Assembly (NCBI GenBank): GCA_002269645.1
Contig: NIVC01002881.1
Span: forward strand, 68,295 to 132,294
Length of the DNA stretch: 64,000 bases
Reading direction: 5' to 3'
DNA from: Macrostomum lignano
Lineage: Eukaryota
Below, piece by piece: positions 13,065-24,763 of the stretch. The notes beneath the pieces were generated by a model. It saw nothing but the letters and a program-made list of their open reading frames with translations, had not been told where the DNA came from and did no database searches. Position numbers and translations under genes: made by a program. Each line of letters starts with the position of its first letter. Within the stretch, counting starts at the first letter, position 1.

Positions 13065-13925
13065 GTGCACCACTCGGCGAAGTCTTGGAGCAGCGGCAGC
13101 AGCAGATCCGCGCCACCCAGCCGGTGCCCCTGCCTGCTGCTTCGGAGAGGTTCACTCAGGCTGCACCACACCGCCTGCCGGCACCGCTGCAGGTTCCTCT
13201 GCCAGCGCGGCACCCCGATTGACGAGCTGGAGCCCCGGCCTCGGAGAACCACCCCGGTGCCGGGCAGCGGCTTCTCGTCTACGGTGGCTGCAACCAGGAC
13301 CACTACAAAGACTGCAACAAAGACTGCAACAAAGACTACAACAAAGACTGCACATGCAGCTGAAAGTCCCGCTGAGCCTCTTGAATCCTCAGACGACTCT
13401 GACTCGATGATTCCAGCAGCTGAAGGAGACGAGGAAGTTGAGCACGCCAACTCGCAGCCGCTTCTGCCCGGCGACGAGGCTCTGGACCACGCCAAGTTCC
13501 CCGTGATCGCCCTGGGACCCGACGGCCACCCGAAGGGCTGGCTGCCGCCCTGGGGCACCGTCGCCACCACGGCTGCCACCAAGCCGGCGGCCGCGACTGC
13601 CGCGACGGCGTCGCCGAGCTCGCAGGCGCCGCTGATGGTCGACTTTGAGTTGCCCGAAGGGTCGCAAAATTCCACCGGCAAAGGCGGTAGGATGGCCGAC
13701 AAAGATCCTAGGAACGCGTTGAAGGCCCTGATGAACGGCCAGAGCTCCTCCGAGGTGATCACCCTGCTGGTGCTGTACACCATTGTCGGGGTGACGCTGC
13801 TGGTGCTGCTGGGCCTCTGCCTGGTGCGCTGCTGCCGGCGCTGCTGCGGCAAATCTCGCATCCGCTACGTCAAGCAGGTTGACGCCGACGACATCCCCAG
13901 GTTCATGCCTTCCAGCTGGGCCTGA
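13065..13925 (+). CDS. Same gene, exon 2: rest of the CTLD-like domain, Thr/Ala-rich stalk, TM helix, Cys-rich juxtamembrane segment, short tail
   Basis: Acceptor ggccag|GTG phase 0; C..LHHTAC....RFLC; TTTKTATK stalk; TM VITLLVLYTIVGVTLLVLLGLCLV followed by RCCRRCC; TGA 13923-13925. Confidence 0.8.
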   Translation: MHHSAKSWSSGSSRSAPPSRCPCLLLRRGSLRLHHTACRHRCRFLCQRGTPIDELEPRPRRTTPVPGSGFSSTVAATRTTTKTATKTATKTTTKTAHAAESPAEPLESSDDSDSMIPAAEGDEEVEHANSQPLLPGDEALDHAKFPVIALGPDGHPKGWLPPWGTVATTAATKPAAATAATASPSSQAPLMVDFELPEGSQNSTGKGGRMADKDPRNALKALMNGQSSSEVITLLVLYTIVGVTLLVLLGLCLVRCCRRCCGKSRIRYVKQVDADDIPRFMPSSWA

Positions 13926-14141
13926 TTGTGCGGGCTGGCCAGCCTACTGATGAGTAGTGCGCACCGCATATAAGCTCGGATTTTTGCACTAAGCGAACCT
14001 GCGTCATTGCTAACTTAGCAAACTGGCATGAAGACTTGTGATTTGCCATTTTGTTGAGTCTCAAGACCTTTTAAACTGTGACTGTTGTACCCTTAAAGCC
14101 TGACATTTAATTTAAGACTTCTCTTAGGCCTCTTTAACACT

Positions 14142-15379
14142 CTGACACCACCCTGAAGACCCTGACACCACTCTGGAGACCCTGACACCACTCTGGAGAC
14201 CCTGACACCACTCTGGAGACCCTGACACCACTCTGGAGACCCTGACACCACTCTGGAGACCCTGACACCACTCTGGAGACCCTGACACCACTCTGGAGAC
14301 CCTGACACCACTCTGGAGACCCTGACACCACTCTGGAGACCCTGACACCACTCTGGAGACCCTGACACCACTCTGGAGACCCTGACACCACTCTGGAGAC
14401 CCTGACACCACTCTGGAGACCCTGGCACCACTCTGGAGACCCTGACACCACTCTGGAGACCCTGACACCACTCTGGAGACCCTGACACCACTCTGGAGAC
14501 CCTGACACCACTCTGGAGACCCTGACACCACTCTGGAGACCCTGACACCACTCTGGAGACCCTGACACCACTCTGGAGACCCTGACACCACTCTGGAGAC
14601 CCTGACACCACTCTGGAGACCCTGACACCACTCTGGAGACCCTGACACCACTCTGGAGACCCTGACACCACTCTGGAGACCCTGACACCACTCTGGAGAC
14701 CCTGGCACCACTCTGGAGACCCTGACACCACTCTGGAGACCCTGACACCACTCTGGAGACCCTGACACCACTCTGGAGACCCTGACACCACTCTGGAGAC
14801 CCTGACACCACTCTGGAGACCCTGACACCACTCTGGAGACCCTGACACCACTCTGGAGACCCTGACACCACTCTGGAGACCCTGACACCACTCTGGAGAC
14901 CCTGACACCACTCTGGAGACCCTGACACCACTCTGGAGACCCTGACACCACTCTGGAGACCCTGACACCACTCTGGAGACCCTGACACCACTCTGGAGAC
15001 CCTGACACCACTCTGGAGACCCTGACACCACTCTGGAGACCCTGACACCACTCTGGAGACCCTGACACCACTCTGGAGACCCTGACACCACTCTGGAGAC
15101 CCTGACACCACTCTGGAGACCCTGACACCACTCTGGAGACCCTGACACCACTCTGGAGACCCTGACACCACTCTGGAGACCCTGACACCACTCTGGAGAC
15201 CCTGACACCACTCTGGAGACCCTGACACCACTCTGGAGACCCTGACACCACTCTGGAGACCCTGACACCACTCTGGAGACCCTGACACCACTCTGGAGAC
15301 CCTGACACCACTCTGGAGACCCTGACACCACTCTGGAGACCCTGACACCACTCTAGAGACCCTGACACCACTCTAGAGA
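14142..15379. repeat. Near-perfect 20-bp minisatellite, about 61 copies
   Basis: Unit CCTGACACCACTCTGGAGAC. Confidence 0.99.
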
Positions 15380-15809
15380 CAAATCTCAGAAACGTACGCG
15401 CGCATTGCAAGGGTGCAGCTCGCATGTTCCTTTTTATTTATGTTTTTAACATTTAATAAAAAGCAAATTATTTATCTAAAACAAATATTAACATGTACCT
15501 TGTCACTTGGCTGCTCATATAACCGTTACTCACCTTGAATCTCTGTATAAGAATGTTTCAACAGAAATTGCAACTAATTAGACAGCATATTTATTCACCT
15601 TACTTGTTTAATTAACAGGTTTCTTCGAACAAAAAAATAATTAGTCAGAATTCTTTTGTCGAATGTAGGAGAGGGAATAGGGGGAATGAGAGGTCTCATG
15701 AATTTTATGGTGGGGGGACAAAGCCAATAACTTAAAATGTACATGTACATGACTAAATTTTAGCCCTCATTTTGGCACCGAAAGCACTCATTTTACGACG
15801 CGCCTGTGA

Positions 15810-16036
15810 GAGGTAGATAGGGGAGAGGTAGATAAGGGAGAGGGAGATAGGGGAGAGGGAGATAGGGGGAGGGATATAGGGGGAGGGAGATAGGGGGAGG
15901 GAGATAGGGGGAGGGAGATAGGGGGAGGAATATAGGGGAGAGAGCGATAAGAGAGAGGGAGATAGGGGAGAGAGCGATAAGAGAGTGGGAGATAGGGGAG
16001 AGGGAGATAGGGGAGAGGGAGATAGGGGAGAGGGAG
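15810..16036. repeat. ~15-bp G-rich minisatellite
   Basis: GGGGGAG(A)GGGAGATA units. Confidence 0.9.
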
Positions 16037-16624
16037 ACACGTGCTCAAGTAATAATTATGGTAGCGATTCTCCGCCTAAATGCCGGTCTCTTGCGGCTCT
16101 CCGACTCCATTGCGCACCGTCTGTCCTCCCTTGTCTCCCTCTCCCTCCTACAGATATTGAAAGCCGACCCCAGGAGCAACAAAGCAGAGAGCAGTCAGTT
16201 ATTAATCCAACTGAATGGGCAGTACACGGCTGCCAAGGCAACAGAAATCAGCAGTTATTAGGTAATTATATTTCGATGCAAACACGAACGACAAACAAGC
16301 CATCATCAATCCGCTCATTTCGATTTAAATGTTGGTACAAAAAGAGACAAAATCATCAACAAAATAGCTAATTAAAGAGTGCCAGTCATAAAGATTTCAG
16401 CTACTCAAAGTAGTATTCATAGAAAAATAGCACGCAAAAAGACGAGCAAAGTTGCTTCAAGGGATGGGGTAAAAAATAGTACTAGCTAGAAGCAATAAAA
16501 AAGCAAGCAAAATTCACTGCATGGGGAGTGAGTTACTCTGACTGATTCGAGTATTGGATTGCCGCGGTTAGCCGGTATGGTGCATTATGGTACATATTGA
16601 TGAGCAGCTAGGGCTGAGGGAATC

Positions 16625-17220
16625 AGTGACAGGTGAGCGATAGATAAGTGACAGATAACTGAAAGATAAAGAGTGACAGATAACTGAAAGATAAAGAGTG
16701 ACAGATAACTGAAAGATAAAGAGTGACAGATAACTGAAAGATAAAGAGTGACAGATAACTGAAAGATAAAGAGTGACAGATAAGTGAAGGATAAAGAGTG
16801 ACAGGTAAAGAGTGACAAGTAAAGAGTGACAGATAAGTGAAGGATAAAGAGTGACAGGTAAAGAGGGACAAGTAAAGAGTGACAGATGAGTGACAGATAA
16901 AGAGTGACACATAAAGAGTGACAGATAAAGAGTGAAAGATGAGAGTGACAGATAAAGAGTGACACATAAAGAGTGACAGATAAAGAGTGAAAGATGAGAG
17001 TGACAGATGAGTGACAGATAAGTGAAAGATAAAGAGTGACAGGTAAAGAGTGACAGGTAAAGAGTGACAGATAAAGAGTGACAGATGAGTGACAGATGAG
17101 TGACAGATGAGTGACAGATGAGTGACAGATAAAGAGTGACAGATGAGTGACAGATGAGAGTGACAGATAAGAGTGACAGATGAGTGACAGATAATTTAAT
17201 AATTGCTATAAGTGACAGAT
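16625..17220. repeat. Compound GTGACAGAT(AAAGA) minisatellite
   Basis: 12-26-bp variants built on AGTGACAGAT. Confidence 0.92.
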
Positions 17221-18249
17221 AAAGGTGACAAATAGAGTGACAGACAAGAGTGAAATTATTTTGACATTGTAAACAAACCGGCTTGAACTACTCGTAAAAA
17301 AAGGGGCACAAAAACGCAGTCTTTGGCATTGCAGGGTGCATATTGTACTTATTTGCATAATGCGATCAATAATTGCCAGCTAATAACGCAGCACAGATTA
17401 CACAGGTAAGAAATACAATTTGAGCCTTTCAAAAACTGTACAGAAACACACAATAAACACAAGCCATGGAATTTCACCAAGAAGCCTCTTGTTCAGCAAT
17501 GTGTACCAATGAAGATCAGCAATGTTTGAGCAGCAATTTGTAACAAAAAAGAAGATAGGACTACCTGGCTCATGTTAATATGATAATAATGCTAATAATA
17601 ATAATAATGGCAGCTGAAAAATCCTAAAAACTTGACTTTGACCGGGAGCAGCTCACGAGTATTTATTCGTTTAGAAAAAAAGATAAACAGAAAAATTCAA
17701 ACTACTTTACTGTAAGTAGCAAAATTTGCGCACGCAAACCGGAATAGTGAATTTCAGTTAACAAATAATTTGTAAAAATGTTGATTAACAGACGACAGGC
17801 CGAGAGCCGGTGAGCAAGCGGATTACATGATAAATTGTTTTGGCGATTGTGGCAAATTTACATATTGTATAAAATAGTTCAGCAGTTCTTGTGGCAGCAG
17901 AAAAGGCAACAGTTCCAATTCAAGACTTAAGGCAATAAAAATGAAAATAAATATTAAAAAGCTTAAAATTTACAGCCGTAACAATATTAGCTAATGAGAC
18001 GCTCATTAATGTACACTTTTCGACGGATAAATGGGATCAGGATCTTTGAGTTTGGGATCTACGGAATTGAAATCTTCCCAAAATCTGTCAATGGAAATCC
18101 TTAATCCTTAATTGGTAAGTCCAAATAAAAGGTTCCTTGTCCTAAAATTGGAACATAAAGTATAATAAAAGGCTAATTCTGAAATCTAAAAATTGTTGAT
18201 TCTAAAATCCCAGAATTGTTAAAATCATATAAAATAAGTTTCCAAATCC

Positions 18250-18602
18250 AATGATCCCAAATCATAAGATCCTTAATCCCTAGATCCCAAATCCTAAATC
18301 CCAAGATCCCAAATCCCTAGATCCAAAATCCCAAGATCCCAATTCCCAAGATCCCAAATTCCAAGATCCCAAATCCCAAGATCCAAACTTCCAAGATCCC
18401 AAATCCCAAGATCTCAAATCCCAAGATCTCAAATCCCAAGATCTCAAATCCCAAGATCCCAAATCCCAAGATCCCAAATCCCAAGATCCCAAATCCCAAG
18501 ATCCCAAATCCCTAGATCCAAAATCCCAAGATCCCAAATCCCAAGATCCCAAATCCCAAGATCCAAAATCCCAAGATCCCAAATCCCAAGATCCAAAATC
18601 CA
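18250..18602. repeat. 15-bp minisatellite just downstream of the FLYWCH stop codon
   Basis: Unit CCCAAGATCCCAAAT. Confidence 0.95.
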
Positions 18603-18627
18603 TATCAACCCGAATCTAGCAGCTTTA

Positions 18628-19329
18628 TCAGGCCAAGTCCTGGGCCAGTTTGTTGACCCGCTCCAAGCCTTCCAAATAGTTGAGCAGCCTTCCTAACCTC
18701 TCCTGCTCACTGCTGGCACCGCCACCAGCCTTGAAGCCAAACGCTGAGCCGGTCAGCTGTGCCGAACTGTTAGCCACCGACTGGCGTAATATGGCCTCTG
18801 AAACCGCCACAATACCCGACCGGAAGTAGTTCTCTAATCTGCGCAGCTGCCTTCTCAACTGGCTGTTGTCGATCTGGCTCAGAGCCTCTTTCAGCGGCGA
18901 GCTGCTGTGACTGCCGACTGCGGCAAGGGAGAACAGATTAGCAGCAGCAGCTGATGAAGACTGATGAGGGAACTGTTGAGAACTGAGAGACAGATGCTGC
19001 TGCTGCTGCTGAGGCGGCGGGTTGAAGATCGGATTGTAGGGCGGCGGCGGCGGCGGAGGCTGCTGCGACTGCTGCTGACTGTTGAAGCCATTCAACGCCA
19101 TGGCTAGGAGTGCCTTCTGGGTCTGACTGTCCAGTCCTTGCAGATGCTGATGCTGCTGATGGAGCAGCACCTGCTGCTGGTGCTGGTGACTGCTGGAGCC
19201 GCTGGAGGCAGCGGATGGCGTGGACTTCAAGCCTCTCAGCAGAGGCGCGACTGACGCTGTAGAGACCGAGTTCGAAGAGCAGCCCGTCGAATAGCTGTTG
19301 CCATGGAAACCAGCGGCTGTTGCTAGGGC
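18628..19329 (-). CDS. FLYWCH-domain protein, exon 4 (Q/P/S-rich region and helical C-terminus)
   Basis: Open frame to TGA at 18628-18630. Only AAG acceptors give the required phase 0; ttcaag|GCC at 19329 preferred, so the 5' boundary is uncertain. Confidence 0.75.
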   Translation of the reverse strand, partial: ALATAAGFHGNSYSTGCSSNSVSTASVAPLLRGLKSTPSAASSGSSSHQHQQQVLLHQQHQHLQGLDSQTQKALLAMALNGFNSQQQSQQPPPPPPPYNPIFNPPPQQQQQHLSLSSQQFPHQSSSAAAANLFSLAAVGSHSSSPLKEALSQIDNSQLRRQLRRLENYFRSGIVAVSEAILRQSVANSSAQLTGSAFGFKAGGGASSEQERLGRLLNYLEGLERVNKLAQDLA

Positions 19330-19391
19330 CTTGAATTGGTGGACGGGGTTGGGATTCTTTAATATTACTAAATAGTAGTATTTTATTAATT

Positions 19392-20280
19392 CAGATCCCA
19401 AATGAAAATTGGGATTTTCAGATACAAAGAAAAAAGAGGATTTTCACTGATCCCAAATAAAAATGAGGATTTTCACTGATCCCAAATAAAAATGAGGATT
19501 TACAGATCCCAAATAAAAATGAGGATTTTCACTGATCCCAAATAAAAATGAGGATTTTCACTGATCCCAAATAAAAATGAGGATTTTCACTGATCCCAAA
19601 TAAAAATGAGGATTTTCATTGATCCCAAATAAAATTGAGGATTTTCAGATCCCAAATAAAAATGAGGATTTTCAGATCCCAAATAAAAATGAGGATTTTC
19701 AGATCCCAAATAAAAATGAGGATTTTCACTGATCCCAAATAAAAATGAGGATTTTCACTGATCCCAAATAAAAATGAGGATTTTCAGATCCCAAATAAAA
19801 ATGAGGATTTTCACTGATCCCAAATAAAATTGAGGATTTTCAGATCCCAAATAAAAATGAGGATTTTCACTGATCCCAAATAAAATTGAGGATTTTCAGA
19901 TCCCAAATAAAAATGAGGATTTTCACTGATCCCAAATAAAAATGAGGATTTTCAGATCCCAAATAAAAATGAGGATTTTCAGATCCCAAATAAAAATGAG
20001 GATTTTCACTGATCCCAAATAAAATTGAGGATTTTCAGATCCCAAATAAAAATGAGGATTTTCACTGATCCCAAATAAAAATGAGGATTTTCAGATCCCA
20101 AATAAAAATGAGGATTTTCAGATCCCAAATAAAAATTGGGATTTTCATTGATCCCAAATAAAATTGAGGATTTTCAGATCCCAAATTAAAATGAGGATTT
20201 CCAGATCCCAAATTAAAATGAGGATTTCCAGATCCCAAATTACAATGAGGATTTCCAGATCCCAAATTAAAGATGAGGAA
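19392..20280. repeat. 27/29-bp minisatellite filling FLYWCH intron 3
   Basis: GATCCCAAATAAAAATGAGGATTTTCA(CT). Confidence 0.97.
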
Positions 20281-20340
20281 TAAAAATGGGGGGAGTTTCA
20301 GATTCCTATAAAATGAGGATTTCAAGAAGTCGCCTCTCAC

Positions 20341-20853
20341 CTGCAGGCCGCCGCCGCCCTGCGCAGTCTCCAGTCCGGCTACGCCACTCAGCGAGTCCGT
20401 CAGCCTCTGCTGGATGCTCGCCAAGTCCTCCAGCGACTCGTGTCGAACTCGCTTGGCCTGAGGGGCGTCAACTGACTCAGCCGATGAGCCGAGCAGCAGG
20501 GAGGAGTCCCGGTACTGCAGGCCGGGACCGCCTCCGCTCAGAGCGGTCGAGTCAGCATCCAGCAGGCAGTCGTCAGCGACTTGAAGGCCGCCAGCCTCTT
20601 CAACAGCTGACGCGCCGTCGGCATTCCGACACAGCTGCTGCTGCTGCTGTTCTCCTCGACGTCGTTCTCGACGCCGGCGCAGAAGGGCACTTCGCTTTAT
20701 CGACAAGTTCTTCTTGCTGTTGCTGCCGCCGCCTTCCAGATCCTCCGAGGCTGGATGCGAATCTTCAACTACACTGGCAGCTGCCGCTGGGTTGTCATCG
20801 ACGTCCAGGGAGCCGGTGACTGACAGACGAGTGACGGGCCACTTGATGGTCAC
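20341..20853 (-). CDS. FLYWCH-domain protein, exon 3 (basic NLS-like KRSALLRRRRERRR, acidic/Q-rich)
   Basis: Acceptor gctcag|GTG and donor CAG|gtgaga, both phase 0; 171 codons. Confidence 0.8.
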
Positions 20854-20899
20854 CTGAGCATAGAAAGTTGCCGGGTTTTATTGCGGCGCTTTGCAGATT

Positions 20900-21315
20900 T
20901 CAGATCCCAAGATCCCGAACCCCTAAGATCCCAAATCCTTAAGATTCTGAATGCCAAATATTCCAAATCCTCAAAGATCCCAAATCGCGAATCCCAAAAT
21001 TCCAAGTCTCTGACCCAATCCCAAATCCCTAAAGATCCCAAAACCCCAAAGATCCTAAATCCCTAAAGATTCCAGATCCCAAAGATCTAAAATCCCTAAA
21101 GATCCCAAATCCCTAAAGATCCCAAATCCCCAAAGATCCCAAATCTCTAAAGATCCCAAAACCCCAAATATTCTAAATCCCTAAAATCCCTAAAGATCCC
21201 AAAACCCCAAAGATCCCAAATCCCTAAAATCCCAAATCCCTAAAGATCCTAAATCCCCAAGGATCCCAAATCTCTAAAGATCCTAAATCCCCAAGGATCC
21301 CAAATCCCCAAAGAT
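20900..21315. repeat. ~17-bp minisatellite in FLYWCH intron 2
   Basis: CCCTAAAGATCCCAAAT. Confidence 0.92.
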
Positions 21316-21368
21316 AACAAGCCCAAAATCTTAAGATTCCTGTCTTTCAAACCATCTTGCGCCCTCAC

Positions 21369-21728
21369 CTGGGTAGGAGTCCCAGGATTAGCGAAATCCC
21401 CGCGGAAGAACTCCTCCTTGCCAGTAGGCGGATGATTGTGGAACCTCCTGGCGTCAACCTGGCGCACGGAGACCAGCCTCTGCGCCAGGCTGATGGCCGT
21501 GGCTGGGCAGAACCGCTTGCTGCAGCGCCAGAACACCCTGCCGTCCTTGCCAGCCCGGCTCTCCGTCATCTTGTAGCCGTCAATCACTATGCTGGCCTTG
21601 TTTTTCCTGGTGATGTCCCACTTCACGTTCACCAAGCCTCTGGTCTCCATGCAGGAGCGCTCCACTTCCACACTGGCCACGCTGTGAGAGGATGAGCAGC
21701 TGGCGGCCGACTGGGGTTCATCCTGCGG
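21369..21728 (-). CDS. FLYWCH-domain protein, exon 2 (FLYWCH zinc finger)
   Basis: IVIDGYKM...GRVFWRCSKRFCPATA...FHNHPP fits the FLYWCH consensus (DGY..WRC..C..HxH). Tandem phase-0 acceptors at 21728 or 21722; donor CAG|gtgagg. Confidence 0.88.
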
Positions 21729-21744
21729 CTGTGGCGTCGATGAG

Positions 21745-22065
21745 ATGGGGGTGAGATTCTTGCGGGTCTGAGTGAGATTCTTTCGGATCTGGGGTGAGAT
21801 TCTTGCGGATCTGAGTGAGATTCTTTCGGATCTGAGTGAGATTCTTTCGGATCTGGGGTGAGATTCTTGCGGATCTGGGGTGAGATTCTTGCTGATCTGG
21901 GGTGAGATTTTTGTGTGGATCTGGAGTGAGATTCTTTTGGATCTGGGGTGAGATTCTTGCGGATCTGGGGTGAAATTCTTGTGTGGATCTGGGGTGAGAT
22001 TCTTTTGAATCTGGGGTGAGATTCTTTTGGATCTGGGGTGAGATTCTTGCGGATTTAGGGTGAAA
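21745..22065. repeat. 22-bp minisatellite in FLYWCH intron 1
   Basis: GAGATTCTTGCGGATCTGGGGT. Confidence 0.93.
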
Positions 22066-22288
22066 TTTTATTTACAAGAGAAAATATAATTTACAGTTGC
22101 AATTCATATAATCGAATATTACTACTGCAGTGCGACGTTAAGTAGCACAGTTGGGGTATTATTTGTGACAGTCTATTTTTGTTTACAATTTGTTGGACTT
22201 TCAAACTGAAGGTGTTCAAAGAGGGAAGTTCGACATTTAAATAGTAAAAAATTACAGTTAAAAATGAGTTATAATGTTTATTTCTTAC

Positions 22289-22648
22289 AAATTTTCCAAG
22301 AAGTTCCGATTGCGACATAGGCATCGAATCGCCGGGAGCAGAAGACTGCTGCACGGGAGGAGGCGGAGTTCGAAATGAGCAGTGCTCAGGCTCGGGCACC
22401 GAACAGGGACTAGCGGTGGACTTCTCGGCCTCGTCAGCGAACTCAACTTCGTGTTCGTGAACTTCGTGCTCAATTTCGACATCCTCGTGCTGGTGGTCTT
22501 CTTCTTCGGCTTCCACTGTTGCAGAAGTTGCAGTCTTCTGCTTCTGCAAAGCAACCTCGTTAGTTTCTTGTTTGACATCTTTGGAATGGCTGCTTTCATT
22601 GTCGGAACAATTATTATAATTAGTGGTGTCTTCTTCAGCAGTTGACAT
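22289..22648 (-). CDS. FLYWCH-domain protein, exon 1 (acidic N-terminus)
   Basis: ATG 22648; 120 codons; donor TTT|gtaaga phase 0. Four exons give about 644 aa with consistent phases. Confidence 0.8.
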
Positions 22649-24239
22649 TTTGCTTATCTCTAATATCGAATCAATAAGAGAAAATCGAGGGTCTAAAAAG
22701 ATAGATCTAAATAATTGGCCTTTGCATGAAAAATGCTGCGAAATTGACGGATTAGCAATAATTGAGATTATAAACTGCTACCGCTGACTCAAGCAAGTCA
22801 AGTGACAAGACCAGTGCAAGGCGCAGGGCTGTGTGGCGCGTGGAGTCGCAGACAAGGCAATGCGGACGAGATGACGAGATAAAGCGCACGATTGTCGATT
22901 TCTTGTCGCGTGCTGCTTGCTTGCCTGGTTTTTATATCTAGAAAGGCACAGACAAAGATAAAGGCACTGGCTGCTGGCCTGGCTTGCAGCTAAAAAATCT
23001 TAAGAGCTTGTGAATGAACGCTTAGAGGACGCTAGGACCCCTTGCGTTGGAGCAAAATACGGGGGTTGAGGTAAACGGGTTTGGTCTTGGAGGGGGGTAA
23101 TCCTTGTTGAAGGCGCAACGGTTGTAAAGATATGAGCCGTTTTATACGTTTGATACGACAAGCCAACCCCCATCTAGGGCAAGACAAGGGAGAGAGGTTG
23201 GGCGCGGAACCAAGAGGCCTTGGAAGGGAGAGAGGGAGAAAGGCGGACGAGGGGAGAGAGAGCAGAGGCCCTGCCCAAATGATAAGGCGACCAACCCCCC
23301 TCCGCCTATTTTGGTTGATTCAACCTCAATGGCTATTGGGCCATTGAGACGGGCCACCGGGACCCCGCCGCGGAATTCCGACACCCCCCCCGCCGCCGCC
23401 CTCTCGATAAACACGACCAACCCCCCCCCCCCCACTTCCCTCAAATCCGGCGCCGCCAATAACTCCGATGCAATAAAATCTAACTAAACCAACGCACTAA
23501 GGGGTGGAGCCCTTGGGGTTGTTGTACGCGGAGGGGTAGGCGATGTCAATTTGAGCGAATTGAATGAATGAATGAGTGTGTTATGACTGACTGTGTGTGC
23601 AGCAGTTCTTGAAGACATCTGCTGAGTGGGGGGGGGGGGCACACTGTCTGCCAGTGCTTTGTCCAGGGTCGTGTGGGGGCAAAGAGAAGCACACGCCGCA
23701 TAAGCCGTACCGGTTTTTACAATTTAGTTGTTACACTAAGGTATGGGTGGAAGTTTTTAGACCACCAAACCAAATCGGAACAAAGACCCTATAGGGGTGC
23801 CCGCCAGTCAGTCAGCCCCCTCCGTCTCTAATAAACGCGGAATGCACCCCGACCGAGACGAGAACTAACAGGGCAACAACCCATCTCCAGTCCAAGACCC
23901 CCGAAGTTCCCCAAGCCGAAATTAATGTCTTATCTGCCTTTCGCGTCAATTGGAGCCTGAGATTATTGCACAAAAGGGGGGGGTTAAGTAAACACGAAGG
24001 TCCACGGAAGCGGAAAGCAAAGCGAAAGAGATCAAAGCAACAAAGAAGCAACGCAGGCACTCGATAGCCCCTCCCCCCCCTATACTCAAGACACTCTAGA
24101 CCCATACCCACGCGCTCGCCCCACCCGATGGTAACCTTTTTAAACAAATTACAGCTTTAATATCGCATAATAATTTTTTTTCCGCCGAGACCCATACTAA
24201 AAAAGATTATCACGCTAGAGAATCTTACCATGAAAGTCT

Positions 24240-24695
24240 CACCGTGAGAATCTCACCTTGTGAATCTCAACTTGAGAATCTCAGAAACTCACCTTGAGAC
24301 AAGAGTCTCAGAATCTTACCTTGAGAATCTCATAATCTAACCTTGAGAATCTCATAATCTCATCTTGAGAATCTCAGAATGTCACCTTGAGAGTCTCATA
24401 ATCTCACCTTGAGAATCTCATAATCTCATCTTGAGAATCTCAGAATGTCACCTTGAGAGTCTTAGAATCTCACCTTGAGAATCTCAGAAACTCACCTTGA
24501 GAGTCTTAGAATCTCACCTTGAGAATCTCATAATCTCACTTTGAGAATCTCATAATCTCTCCTTGAGAATCTCATAATCTCACCTTGAGAATCTCATAAT
24601 CTCTCCTTGAGAATCTCCGAATCTCACCTTGAGAATCTCTGAATATCTCCTTGAGAATCTCCGAATCTCACCTTGAGAATCTCTGAATATCTCCT
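24240..24695. repeat. 22-bp minisatellite
   Basis: TTGAGAATCTCATAATCTCACC. Confidence 0.93.
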
Positions 24696-24763
24696 TGACG
24701 ATCCCCGCATTTTGCGCTTTATTGTGTAACTGAGCTAATTGGTGCAATGTGTCATATAATTTA

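Noticed and set aside
13052-13861. Antisense ORFs over GC-rich exons (also 20286-20819, 21357-21695, 58131-58955, 59508-59810, 62777-63124)
   Set aside because: Shadow ORFs expected from GC3-rich, CAG-rich codon usage on the coding strand.
12159-13925. Single 588-aa unspliced protein starting at ATG 12159
   Set aside because: Signal peptide begins at ATG 12348 and the middle is a repeat bounded by canonical GT-AG sites; the spliced model is preferred (retention is listed as a finding).
14093-15425. Three 400+ aa minus-strand ORFs (VSGSPEWCQGLQSGVRVSRV)n
   Set aside because: Translation of a 20-bp array whose unit lacks stops; open in all three frames; starts are GTG or lie in flanking sequence.
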